In this document: positions 60,466 through 64,000 of the stretch, piece by piece
Layout: each line of letters opens with the position of its first letter
Position numbering within the stretch: the stretch's first letter is position 1
Virus record (IMG/VR): IMGVR_UViG_3300028832_000096
Length of the DNA: 64,000 nucleotides
Strand: one strand, 5' to 3'
Origin: a virus
Lineage: Duplodnaviria > Caudoviricetes
Translations under genes and position numbers: made by a program
The notes under the pieces: generated by a model
The model's input: the letters and a program-made list of their open reading frames with translations, nothing else
Told to the model about the DNA's origin: nothing
Database searches by the model: none

Positions 60466-60478
60466 TTTAATATCTCCT

Positions 60479-62125
60479 TTATGTTGTCCAAAGGTTCCAA
60501 ACTTCTTCAGGATACTGAGAAGGATATAAGTACCTTAAACCGTTAAGTTGTTCCAAACCGCCAAGCTGTATCTTCCAAATAATCTGTGCAACCTGATTGG
60601 TTCCAATACGAATTATGTTTTTCTGAACAGCCTCTCTGTTCTCCGGATTGGTCATGTCTTTCCAAGTACCTGCATTATCACCAGAACGATATATGATAAG
60701 TACTTCTGCATCCTTTGTAGGAATATATCCATTACTAAAGACAATTGTTGTTTTTTCAGAAGTTGCTTTAAATGAATATGCAGCATCAGGAATTACATTT
60801 AAGTTAGTATAGTTTATAACAATAGAAGATTCGTCAGCAGGAGCTGTTGCAAATACTATGTTACTACCATCTATAGTATAATCAGAGGTTTCTACATTGT
60901 CTATTTTAACAGATGTAATGATATCAGCGGTTCTAAGCAATTTAAACGATGTAGTATCACCGTCACCTTGTTCGATTTGAGATGTTTCATTACAAGTAAT
61001 GGAATCTATGGATAATATCACTGCATCAAGTTCATATGTAGACTCACCAGTAGCAGTAAATATTGTTTCTGCACCTAAGATATCTACTTGGTCGTCTGTA
61101 GGCATTATTCTATAACCTGCAAGCAGTCCGTTGTCACCGCTGTTATTGTAATAAGGCTTAGACCATAATCCTGCTTCTGTTATATAGACGTAATCTCTAT
61201 CGTACTCCCACTGTTGTGTTAAGTCGTTGAAATGACGCCCTCTGAACTGTGCTAATGCACCTGTGGATATCATTGCACTGTAAATAACATCAAGTGTGTT
61301 AGGAATTTCAGATTCTACTTCAGGAATAATTCGCCTATAGGTAATCTGGCTTCTTGCAACATCTTCAGCAATAAGTTCGCAATTGATAGCATCTGTTCCA
61401 TCTACTGCGTAGATTACTGCGATTCGGCTACCTTCCGTCATCGTCGCTGTAATTGTTAATTCGTATTGATTATTATCATTGTAACCTAACGAATATTCAT
61501 TTACAGATAATACTTGACGAACAACTGAAGTGTTTTCGATATCTTGATTTACTACGCCGTCAGGGTAAACTGTAACAGAGATGATACTATCTTTATCTCC
61601 TGTAATCGGAACACCGGTCAGAATGTATTGGTCGCCTGCAGTAAAGAAGTCCTGTGATAACTTTGCCGGTTTGTCTTTGTAAGGTTGTCCTAATCCAAAC
61701 CATTCACGGTCGTTGTTACTATAAGCGTCATAACCGTCAGCGCCAAAACCGGGAGCTTGATTGATGTATTCAGAATAGCGTAATCGCGCATTAAGCTCTT
61801 TCTCTTGTGCAGTTGCATTCGCAGGAGCTATCGGAGTGTAACCAATTCCTACAGGAAGATAATCTTCAGCATCTTGTGAAGTTAAACCCATTGTGCCTAC
61901 GGAAATATACTGAGGTACCCACATAGATAAAGTGTCCTGAGATTGATTCAGAACACCATCACCAAGTAAGTAGTGAGCAATACCTGTGAGCAATGAGTTA
62001 GTAGCAGCATTATGTCCGACATGTTCTTGGACTACCTTATTGGTAGCCTCATCGATTACTCGAATCGTAACATTCTGCTTTACATCAAGTCTTTTTATTA
62101 TGTCTAATGGGTTTGTGTTATCCAT
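60479..62125 (-). CDS. structural protein (baseplate/tail-associated, tentative)
   Basis: Beta-rich, T/D-rich, GDGDTTSF repeat-like segment; late region. Confidence 0.55.
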   Translation of the reverse strand: MDNTNPLDIIKRLDVKQNVTIRVIDEATNKVVQEHVGHNAATNSLLTGIAHYLLGDGVLNQSQDTLSMWVPQYISVGTMGLTSQDAEDYLPVGIGYTPIAPANATAQEKELNARLRYSEYINQAPGFGADGYDAYSNNDREWFGLGQPYKDKPAKLSQDFFTAGDQYILTGVPITGDKDSIISVTVYPDGVVNQDIENTSVVRQVLSVNEYSLGYNDNNQYELTITATMTEGSRIAVIYAVDGTDAINCELIAEDVARSQITYRRIIPEVESEIPNTLDVIYSAMISTGALAQFRGRHFNDLTQQWEYDRDYVYITEAGLWSKPYYNNSGDNGLLAGYRIMPTDDQVDILGAETIFTATGESTYELDAVILSIDSITCNETSQIEQGDGDTTSFKLLRTADIITSVKIDNVETSDYTIDGSNIVFATAPADESSIVINYTNLNVIPDAAYSFKATSEKTTIVFSNGYIPTKDAEVLIIYRSGDNAGTWKDMTNPENREAVQKNIIRIGTNQVAQIIWKIQLGGLEQLNGLRYLYPSQYPEEVWNLWTT

Positions 62126-62175
62126 AATTAAACTTCTTCGTAATCTACTCCAAAATTATTTAAAGGTGGAAATTA

Positions 62176-62484
62176 TCACCATAAAGGTCTTCCAGGATAC
62201 TTTTCCCTGTATTCTTCCCAACCTTCACGCCACTTATTATATGCTTCGTCTGGTGATTTATAGATACGGCTCGGTTTAATCATTCCTACCTCATTATCAT
62301 AATCTTCTAACGAAACGAGAACTCTGCCATCCTTAAACCCGACTACTGTCCCCCAACTAGAACCGTTTTCTAGGTCGCCTTCACAATATACATAATCGCC
62401 AATTTTCCATTTGAAAGATAATGCAGTATCTTCCGAGCTTGCCCTTATATAACCCTGAGGATATTTAGTAAATGTTCTCTTCAT
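62176..62484 (-). CDS. leader-bearing SH3/Tudor-like small protein
   Basis: MKRTFTKYPQGYIRASS; KIGDYV...GTVVG...VLVSL. Confidence 0.6.
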   Translation of the reverse strand: MKRTFTKYPQGYIRASSEDTALSFKWKIGDYVYCEGDLENGSSWGTVVGFKDGRVLVSLEDYDNEVGMIKPSRIYKSPDEAYNKWREGWEEYREKYPGRPLW

Positions 62485-62498
62485 AAGCAACTCCTTTA

Positions 62499-62810
62499 TT
62501 ACCTGTATCTACTGCGCACAAAATAAGATATGCCTTGTGTAGTTTCGGGTACATAATATTCATCAAACTGAAACTGTGACATGTGTGCAAACTGAACAAC
62601 TATCTTTTCAGGGTTGTAACCAAGAACTCTCGCTAAGTCTTCGCCGATTTCGCGAGCTTCGTCTTTAGAGTCTGCTTCTACATACACATTATATAAAGGA
62701 ATCAAATCACTTATCATCCTGTAGAAACTAATATGCCACACATTCGCTTCTTTATTTTGATAATCAGATGCTAATATTGATGAAGGATACTTTGTAAATG
62801 TTCTTTTCAT
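62499..62810 (-). CDS. leader-bearing small protein
   Basis: MKRTFTKYPSSILAS. Confidence 0.65.
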   Translation of the reverse strand: MKRTFTKYPSSILASDYQNKEANVWHISFYRMISDLIPLYNVYVEADSKDEAREIGEDLARVLGYNPEKIVVQFAHMSQFQFDEYYVPETTQGISYFVRSRYR

Positions 62811-62815
62811 AAAAT

Positions 62816-63031
62816 TTACCTCATTCTACTAAGTATTTCATCATGTAAAATTTCTTTAGCTTGTTCGTCGTTACTTCCTATGGCAATAAGAAGAACATAT
62901 TGGTCTAACAATTCTCTATTGCTTTTAGATTTAGCAGCCTCTTTACGAGATAATCTAGTGAATTGTTCTTGTTCTCCGATATCATATGAAGCAGATATAT
63001 TGCTTGGATACTTTGTAAATTTTCTTTTCAT
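62816..63031 (-). CDS. leader-bearing small protein
   Basis: MKRKFTKYPSNISAS; motif-B promoter at 63067. Confidence 0.6.
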   Translation of the reverse strand: MKRKFTKYPSNISASYDIGEQEQFTRLSRKEAAKSKSNRELLDQYVLLIAIGSNDEQAKEILHDEILSRMR

Positions 63032-63078
63032 AGGGGTAATCTCCTTAATAATTATCATAACTATACAAGGTTTAACAG

Positions 63079-63327
63079 TTAAGGTATTTCTGATTCATCA
63101 GATTCTTCATCATGAACTGTATGTTTTGTTGTTCTGAATGAATTAACTGCATTTACTGAAACTATATAAGTATCCGGTTCAATTTCTTTATCCTCTTTGG
63201 GAGTATCTTGATTATCAATACGTCTATGAAGGTTAGGATTAGTGATACCATTAGCATCTTTCTCTAAATCTTGCTCTGTTGCTAACTTAGCTTCGCCTTG
63301 AGCGGTTTGTGGATAATTTTCTAGCAT
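63079..63327 (-). CDS. hypothetical protein
   Basis: AAGGAGG RBS. Confidence 0.55.
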   Translation of the reverse strand: MLENYPQTAQGEAKLATEQDLEKDANGITNPNLHRRIDNQDTPKEDKEIEPDTYIVSVNAVNSFRTTKHTVHDEESDESEIP

Positions 63328-63369
63328 AAATAGCCTCCTTCTTCATTTTCATTATATCAACACATTGAG

Positions 63370-64000
63370 TTATGTCGAAGATTTAGTGTATCGGAATGTT
63401 ATGTATGCGGCATAATTTGTCCAAGCTGCGAAAGTTACTATTCTAAAACTACCATCCTGCATATCAATCCTTATATCGTTAGAACCTCCTCCAGCAAATG
63501 GTATCGGTCTGTAATAGCCATCGCTAACGGTATTATAAGCAAATCCAAACGCATCAATTAACATACTAACATTAGCGGGCGTGGTAATGGTTGCAGTACC
63601 ATTAGGCAATTGAGGAACATAAATAGTTTTATCATATATCGTACTTCCATCTATCCAAGTACCGACTACCTTCTCATCTGTCGAGTAATGAACAGCAGGA
63701 ACTCCCTGAGGAGTCCATTGTCCACTACCTGCTCGGTCTGTGGTTTTGGTATATTGAATAGTTATATACCAATCTACTAATCTTGTGCCGAAAGCATTAG
63801 GATTTATAATGTTAATAACAGTATCATTAGTATAATTTATACCTAAATTGTTACCATCGCTTGCAATTCTTGGAATCGTCCAAATAGCCGCCCATTGTGG
63901 GTCGGTATCTTTTACTGTTCCTGAATAACTTATCACTCTATCAATGTTTGATATATTATGAGTTATATTAAAATTTCCTTGTACTCCGCCTGCACTGTAA
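63370..64000 (-). CDS. tail fibre/receptor-binding-like protein, C-terminal part (ORF open to window end)
   Basis: No stop upstream to 64000; tandem domains ending YITIQYTKT / YITFRYTKS with YSTDEKVVGTWIDG. Confidence 0.6.
   Translation of the reverse strand, partial: YSAGGVQGNFNITHNISNIDRVISYSGTVKDTDPQWAAIWTIPRIASDGNNLGINYTNDTVINIINPNAFGTRLVDWYITIQYTKTTDRAGSGQWTPQGVPAVHYSTDEKVVGTWIDGSTIYDKTIYVPQLPNGTATITTPANVSMLIDAFGFAYNTVSDGYYRPIPFAGGGSNDIRIDMQDGSFRIVTFAAWTNYAAYITFRYTKSST

Noticed and set aside
1-64000. Stop-codon reassignment
   Set aside because: Long conserved genes are intact in code 11, all three stops are used, and no suppressor tRNA was found.
63370-64000. Diversity-generating retroelement target
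   Set aside because: No reverse transcriptase and no template repeat differing only at adenines seen in this window.

Overview
A 64 kb, AT-rich segment of a large lytic (probably jumbo, T4-superfamily-capsid) phage, most likely of a Bacillota/Clostridia host. The host call rests on strong AGGAGG RBSs, a SleB-type hydrolase and a Firmicutes-type tRNA-Ile2. Almost everything is on the minus strand. In order: (i) DNA metabolism (partial NAD-dependent ligase, SbcC/Rad50-like ATPase, UvrD, HD protein, DUF932, SNF2 helicase), mixed with glycan genes (two GT-Stealth fusions, GT2, SDR); (ii) an ~11 kb array of tiny module-shuffled Zn-ribbon genes joined by a repeated RBS/ATGA junction; (iii) an XRE-sigma4-alphaCTD fusion; (iv) a ~2.7 kb ncRNA operon with 3 canonical tRNAs, 4 tRNA-scaffold RNAs with rebuilt arms, CCA-tailed mini-pseudoknots and a ~440 nt ornate RNA; (v) a head module (neck, gp23-like capsid, gp21-like protease-scaffold), interrupted by an inverted 6 kb island of the cassette genes; (vi) a partial tail-fibre-like gene. 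The strongest candidates for an undescribed system are: ~15 unrelated proteins sharing an N-terminal MK..[IVL]x[AS][SA] leader that matches motifs in the capsid propeptide and scaffold (a putative Ala/Gly-specific capsid-loading and cleavage code); the CCA-tagged ncRNA array; a three-copy covarying pseudoknot RNA; and two phage-specific promoter motifs. All calls were made by eye; no searches or folding programs were run.
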